Source: Thermoanaerobaculia bacterium (GTDB lineage Bacteria; Acidobacteriota; Thermoanaerobaculia; Gp7-AA8). Taken from it: a DNA stretch of 64,000 bases. Location of the stretch: positions 12,158-76,157 of the forward strand of contig DASPHC010000082.1 of assembly GCA_035629865.1 (NCBI GenBank). Reading direction: 5' to 3'. Shown piece after piece: positions 17,029-24,835 of the stretch. The position numbers and the translations under genes are program-made. Under the pieces are notes generated by a model that was not told the DNA's origin, searched no databases, and saw nothing but the letters and a program-made list of their open reading frames with translations. The first letter of the stretch is position 1, and each line of letters begins with the position of its first letter.

Positions 17029-18500
17029 CCTGGGGCGACACCGTCTACCTCCTGCCGGAGGTCATCCTCACGCTGGGGGCCTGCTTCCTGCTGCTGGCGC
17101 CGGTCATCGGCTTCCGCACCGACGCCGGCACGGCGAAAGTGGCGATGCTGGCGGTGCTCGCCGTCACCATCGTCGCGCTGTTCGTCTCCTCGTGGGCGGT
17201 CGGGGACATCCCGCAGACGCGCGGCTTCGCGTCGATGTTCGTCCTCGACAAGTTCTCCCTCTTCTTCAAGCTGCTCTTCCTCGTCACCATCGCCATGGTG
17301 ACGCTGCTCTCCGACCGCTACCTGCGCGGCACGCGCTATTCGGCCTGGGAGTACTACTCGCTGATGGGCTTCGCCCTCATCGGGATGATGTTCATGGCCT
17401 CGGGCGTCCACCTGGCGACGATCTACGTCGGGCTGGAGCTGATGTCGCTGTCGAGCTACGTCCTGGCGGGATACTTCAAGAACGAACAGAAATCGACCGA
17501 GGCGGCGATGAAGTACTTCGTCCTCGGCGCGGTCAGTTCGGCCATCCTGCTATACGGGATCACGCTGATCTACGGCGTCACCGGGTCGCTGAACCTGCTG
17601 ACCATCTCCAGCCAGATGTCGCAACTGGTGACCAACGACGCGCTGATGTTCGGGATCATGCTCCTCGGTGCGGGACTCTGCTTCAAGATCGCCGCGGCGC
17701 CGTTCCACGTCTGGACCCCGGACGTCTACGAGGGAGCCCCGACCCCGATCACCGCATTCCTGTCGACTGCCTCGAAGGCGGCCGCGTTCGCGATCTTCGT
17801 CCGCATCTTCTACGTCGGCATGCACCACTTTCGCCTCGACTGGCAGAACGTCCTGGCGATCGTGGCGGCGCTCTCGATGATCGTCGGCAACCTCGCTGCC
17901 ATCACCCAGGACAACGTCAAACGGATGATCGCCTACTCGTCCATCGGACATGCCGGCTACGTGCTGCTCGGCATCCTGGCGGTGAGCGAGATGGGCCTGC
18001 GGGGAGTATTGGTCTACTCGGTGGTCTATGTCTTCGCCACGCTCGGTATCTGGGCGTGCGTGCTGGTGCTGGCGCAGACGGAGTATGCCGGCGAGCGGGT
18101 GGAGGACTTCGACGGGCTGCACCGGCGGGCGCCGTTCTGGGCCTTCGCCATGATCGTCTTCCTGCTGTCCCTCGGCGGCATCCCGCCGACGGCCGGGTTC
18201 ATCGGCAAGTACTTCCTCTTCTATGCGGCCGTAGGAGCGGGCTTCGGCTGGTTGGCCATCATCGCCGTTCTGATGTCCGCGGTCTCGATCTTCTACTACT
18301 TCCGCCTGGTCACGGCGATGTACTTCCGCGACGGGAAGGGAACGGAGACGCCGGTCGTGGCCGGCGGGGGACTGATGGTGGTGGGGGTGGTGTGCCTCAT
18401 CGCGACGCTGGTCCTCGGCGTCCTGCCGTCGCGTTTCATCGACGAGGTGATCCGCACCGGCGACCCGGTCACCAGGCGTCTCGCCAATGCCGGACGATAA
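17025..18500 (+). CDS. nuoN: NADH-quinone oxidoreductase subunit N
   Basis: 491 aa. GLELMSLSSYVLAG and FKIAAAPFHVWTPDVYEGAPTP. ATGA overlap with nuoM. Confidence 0.95.
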   Translation: MTWGDTVYLLPEVILTLGACFLLLAPVIGFRTDAGTAKVAMLAVLAVTIVALFVSSWAVGDIPQTRGFASMFVLDKFSLFFKLLFLVTIAMVTLLSDRYLRGTRYSAWEYYSLMGFALIGMMFMASGVHLATIYVGLELMSLSSYVLAGYFKNEQKSTEAAMKYFVLGAVSSAILLYGITLIYGVTGSLNLLTISSQMSQLVTNDALMFGIMLLGAGLCFKIAAAPFHVWTPDVYEGAPTPITAFLSTASKAAAFAIFVRIFYVGMHHFRLDWQNVLAIVAALSMIVGNLAAITQDNVKRMIAYSSIGHAGYVLLGILAVSEMGLRGVLVYSVVYVFATLGIWACVLVLAQTEYAGERVEDFDGLHRRAPFWAFAMIVFLLSLGGIPPTAGFIGKYFLFYAAVGAGFGWLAIIAVLMSAVSIFYYFRLVTAMYFRDGKGTETPVVAGGGLMVVGVVCLIATLVLGVLPSRFIDEVIRTGDPVTRRLANAGR

Positions 18501-18702
18501 ACAGAAACGCGAATACCGCCAGCTTCTCGAGGCCTCGGCCATCGCCTGGATGTTCCCCATCGCCATCGGCCTGGGGGCGCTGTGGGGGTGGGGGATGGAC
18601 AAGCTGTTCGGGACGTGGCCGTGGCTGACCGCAATCTTCACCGGCTTCGGGATCATCGCGGCCTTCGTGAACCTCTTCCGCATGTCGTCCGGCCCGAAGT
18701 GA
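18487..18702 (+). CDS. atpZ: AtpZ/AtpI-type small membrane protein of F-ATPase operons
   Basis: 71 aa, two TM helices (AIAWMFPIAIGLGALWGW; WLTAIFTGFGIIAAFVNLF). Position immediately before atpI/atpB. The start lies 14 nt inside nuoN. Confidence 0.65.
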   Translation: MPDDKQKREYRQLLEASAIAWMFPIAIGLGALWGWGMDKLFGTWPWLTAIFTGFGIIAAFVNLFRMSSGPK

Positions 18703-19136
18703 CGACGAGCCCGCCGCCGGAGCCGCCTCCGCTCGAAGAGCCCCCCTGGTACGAGCGGGAAACGCCGGCCGACGTGCTCCGGCGGATCAAGCGGACGGCG
18801 CTGGGGGCCTATGCGGTTTTCGCGGTTTTCTCCCTGATTTCGGGCGGTTTTCCGGCCTTTCTCGGGTTGACTTGCAGTGCAGCCGTCACTATGATCAGCT
18901 TCCTTTGGTTGGAGGAGATCGTTGACGTTCTGCTCCAACCGGCGGCACACCTGCACGCTCGGAGGCTGACGTTGCGTACCCTGGCGCGCTTCGCTCTCCT
19001 CGGTGTGGCGCTCACGGTCACGATCATCATTGCTCGTTTCAATGCGTTAAGTGTGTTGCTGGGGTTCTCAATCGTCGTGGTGGGAATCTGCGGCGAAGCT
19101 CTGTATTCCCTGGTCCGAGAGGTAGCTCGAAGGTAG
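18699..19136 (+). CDS. atpI: ATP synthase protein I-like membrane protein
   Basis: GTG 18699 (GTGA overlap with the atpZ stop) within ORF 18582..19136. Four predicted TM helices. Sits directly before atpB. Confidence 0.55.
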   Translation: MTTSPPPEPPPLEEPPWYERETPADVLRRIKRTALGAYAVFAVFSLISGGFPAFLGLTCSAAVTMISFLWLEEIVDVLLQPAAHLHARRLTLRTLARFALLGVALTVTIIIARFNALSVLLGFSIVVVGICGEALYSLVREVARR

Positions 19137-19838
19137 ATGGAACACGAACACTCAATCCTGTACGAGCCGTTCAACAAATACATCTGGCGCCACGCGTTCG
19201 GGTTCGACGTTCCCGATCACGTGATCATGGCCCTTTTGGTCCTGCTCCTGAGCTCGATCATCTTTCCGCTCATGTCGCGGAAGATCAGCAAGGACAACCC
19301 GGGCGGCTTCCAGCAGTTCCTCGAACTGATCGTCGGCGGACTCAAAGGGCTGCTGCACGAGATCGTCGGGCCGCACTCGGAGCGCTTCCTCTACATCATC
19401 GGCGGCTTCGCGGTCTTCATCTTCGTCTCGAACCTCTTCGGCCTCTTCTTCTTCCTGCAGCCGCCGACCGGCAACGTCAACACCACGTTCGCCCTCTCGC
19501 TGACGGCGTTCCTCTACTACAACATCCAGGGGATCAAGGCGCAGGGGGTGGGGCACTACCTCGCGCACTTCGCCGGCCCGATCTGGTGGCTGGCGCCGCT
19601 CATGTTCCCCATCGAGTTGATCGGACACTTCGCCCGCATCCTCTCGCTGGGCATGCGTCTGTTCGGGAACATCTTCGGCGAGCACACCGCCACCGGGATC
19701 TTCATGGGCATGATGCCGTTCGTCGTTCCCTGGCCGATGATGGGCCTGGGGATCTTCGGCGCCTTCCTGCAGACGTTCGTCTTCATCATGCTGACGATGG
19801 TGTACATCGGCGGAGCAGTCGCCACGGAAGAGCACTAA
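19137..19838 (+). CDS. atpB: F0F1 ATP synthase subunit a
   Basis: 233 aa. LSLGMRLFGNIFGEH (essential Arg region). Multi-TM. Confidence 0.95.
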   Translation: MEHEHSILYEPFNKYIWRHAFGFDVPDHVIMALLVLLLSSIIFPLMSRKISKDNPGGFQQFLELIVGGLKGLLHEIVGPHSERFLYIIGGFAVFIFVSNLFGLFFFLQPPTGNVNTTFALSLTAFLYYNIQGIKAQGVGHYLAHFAGPIWWLAPLMFPIELIGHFARILSLGMRLFGNIFGEHTATGIFMGMMPFVVPWPMMGLGIFGAFLQTFVFIMLTMVYIGGAVATEEH

Positions 19839-19889
19839 ACAGACATCGAACAACCTACGGGTTTCGACATCAACAAGGAGGAGAGTCTA

Positions 19890-20201
19890 GTGAATAAGAA
19901 AACCATCATCCTGTTCGTCATCCTCGCGCTGACGACCTTCTCGGCGTTCGCGCAGGACGCGACGACCACGACCAGCAACGGCGTCCTGTGGGGCCCGATC
20001 TCGGCCGCGTTCGTCCTCGGCATCGCCGCCGCGGCCGGCGCCATCGGCCAGTCCCGCGCCATCGTCGCGGCCTGCGAAGGCATCGCCCGCAACCCGGGAG
20101 CCGCCGGCGCGATCCGTCTGGCGATGATCATCGGTCTCGCGCTCATCGAGTCGCTGGTCATCTACGCGCTCATCATCGCGTTCATCGTCCAGGGCAAGTA
20201 A
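19890..20201 (+). CDS. atpE: F0F1 ATP synthase subunit c with N-terminal signal-peptide-like extension
   Basis: GTG start with AAGGAGGAG upstream. GIAAAAGAIGQS...ARNPGAAG...LALIESLVIYALIIAF (c-ring hairpin with carboxylate E). Confidence 0.9.
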   Translation: MNKKTIILFVILALTTFSAFAQDATTTTSNGVLWGPISAAFVLGIAAAAGAIGQSRAIVAACEGIARNPGAAGAIRLAMIIGLALIESLVIYALIIAFIVQGK

Positions 20202-20230
20202 AAGAAGCTGCCGTTCGGTCGTGCCGAGAG

Positions 20231-20260
20231 GCCCGGCGCCGTCAGGTGCCGGGCTTTTCT
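20231..20260 (+). terminator. Rho-independent terminator after atpE
   Basis: gcccggc-gccgtcaggt-gccgggc followed by ttttct. Confidence 0.7.
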
Positions 20261-20305
20261 GCGTTCGGGCAGCGTATTTGCTGAGTCAGCTCCCGGAGGT
20301 ACTGT

Positions 20306-20473
20306 GTGAACTGGTTTAATCTCGCGTTCGCCGGGTGGATCATCGTCATCGTGGCACTGGCCCTGGTGGGCTGGAGGTTCGGCGTCGAGCCGTTCTGGAT
20401 CGGCATCGGAGCCCTGCTCCTCCTCGGCGTCGCCATCATCACCTCCGTCAAAAACGCCAAACCGCGCATCTGA
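20306..20473 (+). CDS. Possible 55-aa two-TM membrane peptide
   Basis: GTG 20306, 6 nt after GGAGG. Reads VNWFNLAFAGWIIVIVALALVGWRFGVEPFWIGIGALLLLGVAIITSVKNAKPRI, ending at TGA 20471-20473. Too short for the ORF track. Confidence 0.4.
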   Translation: MNWFNLAFAGWIIVIVALALVGWRFGVEPFWIGIGALLLLGVAIITSVKNAKPRI

Positions 20474-20570
20474 CGGGCTATCCGCAAGCGCTACGGGTTT
20501 GTTCCCAATGACTTACGCTTGGGTAGACGCGCCCATGCCGATGCAAAATCTACCGATCTGGTAGTAAAAA

Positions 20571-20770
20571 CTTCCGAAAGCGAAGCGACAATCTCGTATC
20601 GCCTTGCAAAAAGTTCCGAAAGCAATCAGAGATTCTCCAATTTAAATCAGAGAATCTCCCATTTGAATCGGAGAATCTCTGATTGAAATCAGAGATTCTC
20701 TCATCGGAATCGGAGAATCTCTCATCGCGATACGAGGATCCCGCGACGAGATTGGAGAGCGGCCCGGCGA
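20571..20770. repeat. 21-bp tandem array (about 9 units, 5 well preserved) with dyad-symmetric core AATCrGAGAwTCTC
   Basis: Units at 20624, 20645, 20666, 20687 and 20708: aatcagagattctccaattta / aatcagagaatctcccatttg / aatcggagaatctctgattga / aatcagagattctctcatcgg / aatcggagaatctctcatcgc. Degenerate units flank them (ttccgaaagc recurs 42 nt apart at 20572 and 20614). Confidence 0.85.
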
Positions 20771-20786
20771 GCAAGGCTGCCGGCCG

Positions 20787-21011
20787 CTCCTTACGGCGAG
20801 ACGCCGTCCGCCGGCGGGACGCCGCCGGTCCAGCCGACGCGACGTCGGCGCTCCGGCGCATGACCGCGCTCCTCGCGAATCGATCGTCCGTGTATCGAAG
20901 CGAAGCGTGGCTCATTCATCGCAAACCGTGCGTCCGCGCGTGGAGCGCCCGCGTCGCGCGGGCTGGCACGGCGGCGTCTCGCCGGCGCACGGCGTCTCGC
21001 CGTAAGGGGAG
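20787..21011. repeat. ~225-bp palindromic (MITE-like) element with ~47-bp terminal inverted repeats
   Basis: Left end ccttacggcgagacgccgtccgccggcgggacgccgccggtccagcc. The reverse complement of the right end is ccttacggcgagacgccgtgcgccggcgagacgccgccgtgccagcc. Confidence 0.6.
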
Positions 21012-21023
21012 TGACAAATCACC

Positions 21024-21070
21024 GCCTTCAGGCCGGGCCTACAGATCTGTCGCCGCCCTGGGCGGCTTCC
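21024..21070 (+). repeat. REP-like element (hairpin + GCCTACAGATCT + cgccgcc-N-ggcggc hairpin)
   Basis: gccttcaggccgggcctacagatctgtcgccgccctgggcggcttcc. Related copies at 42785-42834 (inverted) and 42951-43003. Confidence 0.7.
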
Positions 21071-21086
21071 CGGCGACGCCGGCCGC

Positions 21087-21566
21087 GTGCAACAATCATC
21101 GTCCGTGAGCTCGAAGACCTTCAAGACGACGATCGTTCGTGAAGGGTCGATGTGCTTCATCCCCGTCCCTTTCGATCCTGCGCCGGTGTTCGGCCGCGTC
21201 CGCGCGCCGGTGACGGTGACGGTGAACGGGTACACCTACCGCAGCACCATCGCCTCCATGGGCGGCACCACCTGCATCCCCCTGCGGAAGAGCAACCGTG
21301 AGGCCGCCGGTCTGGAGGGAGGCGAGACGCTGGACGTGCAGCTCGACCTGGACACCGAAAAGCGCGAGGTTGCGCCGCCGCCGGACCTGACCAGGGCCCT
21401 GAAGGCGGCACCGCCGGCCTTGCAGCGCTGGCGTGAGCTCAGCTACAGCCATCAGCGCGAATACGTCGAGGCGATCGAATCCGCGAAGAAGCCGGAGACG
21501 CGCCTCCGCCGCATTCAGACAACCGTACGCGCTGTCGCCGCGCGGCCGGCCAGACAGCGCAAGTAG
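21087..21566 (+). CDS. DUF1905 / YdeI-family protein
   Basis: 159 aa (alternative GTG start at 21105). FKTTIVREGSMCFIPVPFDPAPVFG..RAPVTVTVNGYTYRSTIASMGG fits the DUF1905 beta-barrel pattern. C-term LSYSHQREYVEAIESAKKPETRLRRI fits the YdeI/OmpD-associated pattern. Confidence 0.7.
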   Translation: MQQSSSVSSKTFKTTIVREGSMCFIPVPFDPAPVFGRVRAPVTVTVNGYTYRSTIASMGGTTCIPLRKSNREAAGLEGGETLDVQLDLDTEKREVAPPPDLTRALKAAPPALQRWRELSYSHQREYVEAIESAKKPETRLRRIQTTVRAVAARPARQRK

Positions 21567-21591
21567 ACAACTCGTGGCCCGCGAGTGAACA

Positions 21592-21630
21592 CAAAAAAGC
21601 CGGCGCGTGCAGCGCCGGCTTTGCGTTGTT
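21592..21630. terminator. Bidirectional intrinsic terminator between convergent genes
   Basis: aaaaaa-gccggcgc-gtgca-gcgccggc-tttgcgttgttg. Confidence 0.75.
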
Positions 21631-21646
21631 GCTCAGTAGGTTAGCG

Positions 21647-22720
21647 TCAATGCTCGTTCAGGAGGCGGCGGAGGGCATCGACGGCGGCGGTGCTGGTGAT
21701 CTGCTCGTCGAGCGGGATCTCGCGGGTCTCGCTCCAGACCGCGTCTTTCATGATCACGTACTGCAGCTTGCCGTTGTCGCGGGTGAAGAGCGCCAGGCGC
21801 TCGGTGCTGGAGTAGATGCCTTCCACGCGGCTGGCGTCGGTGGCCATCTTCAGGGTCGGGGCGCCGGAGCTGCCTTCGCCGCGGCCGACCGGGACGCGGA
21901 GGCGGCCGTTCGCGACCGGGGGCTTGGCGGGGCGGATGCGGACCTGGTGAAGGCGGCCCGTGTCGACGTCGCCGAAGATCACCAGGACGCTGTCCTGTTT
22001 CGGCGAGGCGAAGAGAAGCGGCTGGCGGAGGACGGCGGGATCGACGGCCTCGACGACCGGAGGCTCGGTGGTTTCTTCGCCCGTCCCGCCCGCGCTGGTC
22101 ACAGCGGGATCGGTCTCGGGAGTCTCTTCGATGGTGAACTGCTTGAGGCCCAGGTAATCGGGCTCGCCGTTGATCGCGCCGTTGTCGATGGTGACCATCG
22201 CGTACTGCGCGGCCTGGGCGCCGTCTTCACTGCTCGACTCCCACCACACCAGGTGCACGCTGACCGCGGATCCGGGAGCGAGCGTGCCGTCTTCTTCGGC
22301 GACGCGGCGGGTGAGGGCGATGCGGAGGTTGGTACGGCGGTTCCACTGGTCGCCGAACGTGCGGGCCGGCGTCCAGGTGCCGTTCGCGTCGCGGCAGGCG
22401 AAGAGGAGCTGACCGGACGTGATGCCGACGTGGCGCAGCCAGAAGACGAACAGCGTCTTCGAGTCGGCGTCGTAGGCGATGGCGGGATTCGTATGCGCGC
22501 CGTGCTCCAACGTCGCCGGGATGATCTCGGTGTGCGACTCGGTCCCAAACTGCTCGCGCAGGACGAGGTTCGAGGACAGGAAGCCGCCGGCTTCCGAGCT
22601 CACGTCGACGCTTTCGACGGTGAAGAGGACGCCATGCGGCGTGAGCACGGACTCGCGCTTCTGCGCCGATGCGAGGAGCGGCAGAGCGAGCAGCCCGAGG
22701 ATGAGGACGAGTCTTCTCAT
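21647..22720 (-). CDS. Secreted hypothetical protein
   Basis: 357 aa. Signal peptide MRRLVLILGLLALPLLASA. No motif I recognise. ATGA-coupled to the upstream TPR gene. Confidence 0.7.
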   Translation of the reverse strand: MRRLVLILGLLALPLLASAQKRESVLTPHGVLFTVESVDVSSEAGGFLSSNLVLREQFGTESHTEIIPATLEHGAHTNPAIAYDADSKTLFVFWLRHVGITSGQLLFACRDANGTWTPARTFGDQWNRRTNLRIALTRRVAEEDGTLAPGSAVSVHLVWWESSSEDGAQAAQYAMVTIDNGAINGEPDYLGLKQFTIEETPETDPAVTSAGGTGEETTEPPVVEAVDPAVLRQPLLFASPKQDSVLVIFGDVDTGRLHQVRIRPAKPPVANGRLRVPVGRGEGSSGAPTLKMATDASRVEGIYSSTERLALFTRDNGKLQYVIMKDAVWSETREIPLDEQITSTAAVDALRRLLNEH

Positions 22721-23607
22721 AATTTGAAATTCACCATCGACCGGAGGTCGATGGCAAAAAGGAGGTTCTTCAGGTTCTTGAACTGCGGGTAGAACTTCGC
22801 GAGCTGCTCGAAATGGAACGACGCTCCGTCGGTGTCGCCGGCCTTGTAGCAGGCCTCGCCGAGGAGATAGTGAGAGTTGCGGATCTGGCGGGAGTCCTTC
22901 GCGAGCTCCAGCGCGGCCTCACCGTAGTGCTGCGCGCGCACGTAGTCGCCCTGCTCGACGTAGCCGTAGCAGAGGTCGACGTACGCTTCGGCGCGGCCGA
23001 TCGGGTCGTGCAGGATCTCCAGCGCCTCGTGCACGTAGAGCAGACCCTCGTCGAGCTTTCCCTGCAGCAGCAGGCAATAGCCGAGGTTCTCGAGCGCGTA
23101 GGCGTGGCTGAGATCGCGATCGCGGTTCTCGCGCGACTCCTCCGACATCAGCAGCGCTTCCTGGAAGCACTCGATGGCGGTGGGGATCTGCGAGTCGAGC
23201 TCGTAGATGTTGCCGAGCTCCACGAGGACGATGCGGCGCCACGCCGTTTCCTTCGCTTCTTCCGCGGTGCGGAGAGCGAGCTGGCCGTAGAAGAGCGCCC
23301 GCTTGAGGTCGTTCTCGAGGCGGTATTTGTACTGGAGCGCGTACGCCGCGAGATAGACGTGGCGTACGTTGTTGCGGCGCATGATGACGCGCGCCAGCTC
23401 GTGGACCTCGGGGCCCGTGCGCTCGAGCGCGATCATCGCGTCTGCTTTGTTGATGGTGATGAGCTCGCGCGCGTCTTCGTCCTGTGCGAGCGCGAGAGCG
23501 TCGTCGTAAAGTCCGAGCGCTTCTTCGTAATCGCCGAGCCGGACCCGGTTCAACGCGGACTGACGCAGTTCTTCCACACGACCCGCATGCTGATCAAGCA
23601 TCGGCAT
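22717..23607 (-). CDS. TPR-repeat protein
   Basis: ORF 22717..23634. ATG 23607 is preferred (GGAGG 6 nt upstream). Repeated A-x3-Y/F-x2-A-L helix pairs throughout (YEEALGLYDDALAL, ALFYGQLALRTAEEA, AIECFQEALLM, YVRAQHYGEAALELA, ASFHFEQLAKFYP). Confidence 0.8.
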   Translation of the reverse strand: MPMLDQHAGRVEELRQSALNRVRLGDYEEALGLYDDALALAQDEDARELITINKADAMIALERTGPEVHELARVIMRRNNVRHVYLAAYALQYKYRLENDLKRALFYGQLALRTAEEAKETAWRRIVLVELGNIYELDSQIPTAIECFQEALLMSEESRENRDRDLSHAYALENLGYCLLLQGKLDEGLLYVHEALEILHDPIGRAEAYVDLCYGYVEQGDYVRAQHYGEAALELAKDSRQIRNSHYLLGEACYKAGDTDGASFHFEQLAKFYPQFKNLKNLLFAIDLRSMVNFKL

Positions 23608-23950
23608 CTCCACCCTCCACCCCGTCGAACTCATCGCCTTCCTGCGCGCGTTTGAACTCGATGAAACTCTCGACTTCTTTCTGGGCGCTCGGGCTCAGCG
23701 AACGGAACTTCTCGAACACCGTGTTGGCGCGATTGTTCTCGTCGAAGAAGTCTCCGATGCTCAGGTCGAAGCACTGCAGAATCTTGAGGAGCGTGTCGAG
23801 ACCGACTTTGTATTCTCCCTGCTCCATGCGGGAGAGATCGGACTGATGGATGCCGATCTTCTCGGCGAGCTCCACCTGCGTGAGCTTCCGCTGGCGGCGG
23901 AGCTGCCGGATTTTGCGACCTACGAGCTCGAGTTGTGCTGGCCTGTTCAT
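23594..23950 (-). CDS. XRE-family helix-turn-helix transcriptional regulator
   Basis: 118 aa. IRQLRRQRKLTQVELAEKIGIHQSDLSRMEQGEYKVGLDTLLKILQCF is a canonical HTH_XRE. Confidence 0.9.
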   Translation of the reverse strand: MNRPAQLELVGRKIRQLRRQRKLTQVELAEKIGIHQSDLSRMEQGEYKVGLDTLLKILQCFDLSIGDFFDENNRANTVFEKFRSLSPSAQKEVESFIEFKRAQEGDEFDGVEGGDADA

Positions 23951-24191
23951 GGCAGTGTGCGTTGACTTTTATGCTATTAAACAATAACCTGAGCAAAGAT
24001 TCAAGAGCAGCGTTCACCCGGGGCAGATCCCAGCGCGAAAGTTAACCGCCACGTACGCCAGATTCCACCTTCTCCGCGAGCTCATCAAGCGCGATCTTAC
24101 CGCCCGTTTCACCGGATCGGCGCTCGGTCTGGCCTGGGCGGTCCTCCAGCCTCTGAGCCTCGTCCTCCTTTATTGGTTTGTTTTCACCTAC

Positions 24192-24815
24192 ATGATTCCG
24201 GGGGGACGGATGGGGACGGCAGTCACCGGTGGCGCCTACATCTATTTCCTCATCTCGGGTCTCCTCCCCTGGCTCGGAGTGAATGAAGGGCTGATGCGCT
24301 CGACGACTTCCGTGGTGGAAAGCTCGGCCATCGTCCGGCGGCTGCCTCTCCGGAGCGAGCTTCTCGTGGTCGTGCCGAACGCGACCGCAATGATCTTCCA
24401 GGGCGTCGGCCTCCTGGCGTTCGTGGTCGCGGTGGTCGCGCAGGGGATGCCGATCCGGAATCTCTGGATCCTTCCGGCGGCGCTGGTGCTGCAGTTCCTG
24501 TTACAACTCGGAGTCGGTTTTTTTCTCGCCACGACCTACGTCTTCTTCCGGGACGTGGCGCAGATCCTCGGCTTCGTTCTTTCGGTCGCTTTCTACCTCA
24601 GTCCTATCCTTTATTCAGCAGGGGGACGGTTCGAGACGTACTTCTTCTGGAATCCGATGACGCCGCTGCTCGGTTTGTTTCGCAGCGCAATGCTCTCCTC
24701 CCCGTTACCTGACGCCGGTTCGATCGTCTACTTGTTGACGGTCGCCATTTCGGTGTTCGCTGCCGGACTGCTCTTTTTCCGGCGAGCCCGGCCTTCACTG
24801 GTCGACGTCATCTAG
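24192..24815 (+). CDS. wzm: ABC-2 type (Wzm/TagG-like) polysaccharide export permease; start uncertain or 5' defective
   Basis: 207-aa ORF from ATG 24192, multi-TM. In-frame homology continues upstream to ~24048 (ATYARFHLLRELIKRDLTARFTGSALGLAWAVLQPLSLVLLYWFVFTY, the usual Wzm N-terminus). There is no ATG/GTG/TTG between the stop at 23985 and 24192. Confidence 0.75.
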   Translation: MIPGGRMGTAVTGGAYIYFLISGLLPWLGVNEGLMRSTTSVVESSAIVRRLPLRSELLVVVPNATAMIFQGVGLLAFVVAVVAQGMPIRNLWILPAALVLQFLLQLGVGFFLATTYVFFRDVAQILGFVLSVAFYLSPILYSAGGRFETYFFWNPMTPLLGLFRSAMLSSPLPDAGSIVYLLTVAISVFAAGLLFFRRARPSLVDVI

Positions 24816-24835
24816 TTCATCTCAGGAGAAAACAA

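Noticed and set aside
13248-18956. Long minus-strand ORFs (13248..15215, 15382..17010, 17550..18956) and plus alternate-frame ORFs across nuoL/M/N
   Set aside because: They lie opposite or out of frame to unmistakable NuoL/M/N sequences and are Arg/Asp/His/Glu-rich with no hydrophobic helices.
20571-20770. Possibility that the 21-bp arrays (also 42244-42600) are CRISPR arrays
   Set aside because: The units are contiguous with no unique spacers, 21 bp is too short for a repeat, and there are no cas genes in the window.
20550-21235. ORFs 20550..20915 -, 20683..21108 + and 20912..21235 -
   Set aside because: They are translations of array A and of the palindromic element (RFSDS heptads, Arg/Ala runs). 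No starts with an RBS and no motifs.
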